From a bacterium (GTDB lineage: Bacteria > UBP6 > JAFGXH01), in assembly GCA_016936735.1 (NCBI GenBank), contig JAFGXH010000267.1, positions 1 to 45,929 on the forward strand: a stretch of 45,929 bases of DNA, written 5' to 3'. Each line of letters opens with the position of its first letter. Position 1 is the first letter of the stretch. Under the pieces are notes generated by a model that was not told the DNA's origin, did not search any database, and was given only the letters and a program-made list of their open reading frames with translations. Below, piece by piece: positions 45,625-45,929 of the stretch. The translations under genes were made by a program, and so were the position numbers.

Positions 45625-45900
45625 TTAATAACCACTTAAATCTCTTGAAAGTTTTCCATTTTCATCAACACATTTTCCTGAATTACTATGACAAGATGAT
45701 GAGTAACTAGAGACATTTCCACAATCACTTCCTTTAGCTTTTGAACAGTTCTCTTTTGCAACTTTTCTATCAGAAAAAGAGTCCCCTTTTACACAAGCTT
45801 TATATTCACCACCACTACTAAAAGTATAACACTTTGCCATTAAATTAACAGATCCCATTAAAAAAATAACAGTTGATAACAATAAAACAGTTTTTTTCAT
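45625..45900 (-). CDS. Small secreted six-Cys protein
   Basis: AAGGA RBS; signal peptide ending NLMA; mature ~69 aa with 6 Cys. Confidence 0.75.
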   Translation of the reverse strand: MKKTVLLLSTVIFLMGSVNLMAKCYTFSSGGEYKACVKGDSFSDRKVAKENCSKAKGSDCGNVSSYSSSCHSNSGKCVDENGKLSRDLSGY

Positions 45901-45929
45901 AATATCCTCTTAAAATAGTTGATTACTAA

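Noticed and set aside
1-45929. Alternative genetic code suggested by low GC
   Set aside because: Conserved genes are full length under the standard code and TAA, TAG and TGA all terminate genes

Overview
Very AT-rich chromosomal window from a diderm, probably anaerobic bacterium (standard genetic code) with an envelope repertoire reminiscent of myxobacteria and other deltaproteobacterial lineages. 1-11.5 kb is an accessory island. Two direct-orientation Rpn (YhgA-like PD-(D/E)XK) genes share an identical 50-bp 3' end and each has an internal RBS+ATG; the second is frameshifted. They bracket a tightly coupled five-gene operon: two paralogous Cys-rich modular lipoproteins, a third large lipoprotein, a small lipidated beta-barrel-like protein and a 986-aa secreted Zn-dependent phospholipase C/S1-P1-fold hydrolase. 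This cassette is the best candidate for an undescribed system. Next come a TPR lipoprotein + beta-barrel pair, a pgsBCW poly-gamma-glutamate operon, an unannotated 18-aa Trp-rich peptide ORF, rnj, a Sel1 protein, dacB, slyD, lepB, a tetraheme cytochrome c, murA with Asp at the active-site Cys position, carbamate kinase + ygfK, three TerD genes, cbrA, a DUF4398/TSP3-OmpA envelope operon, an ankyrin protein, a FadL/PopA-like barrel and an acyl-CoA dehydrogenase under a Bacillus-type FadR box. No rRNA, tRNA or CRISPR array was seen. All family calls are by eye from motifs; no searches were run.
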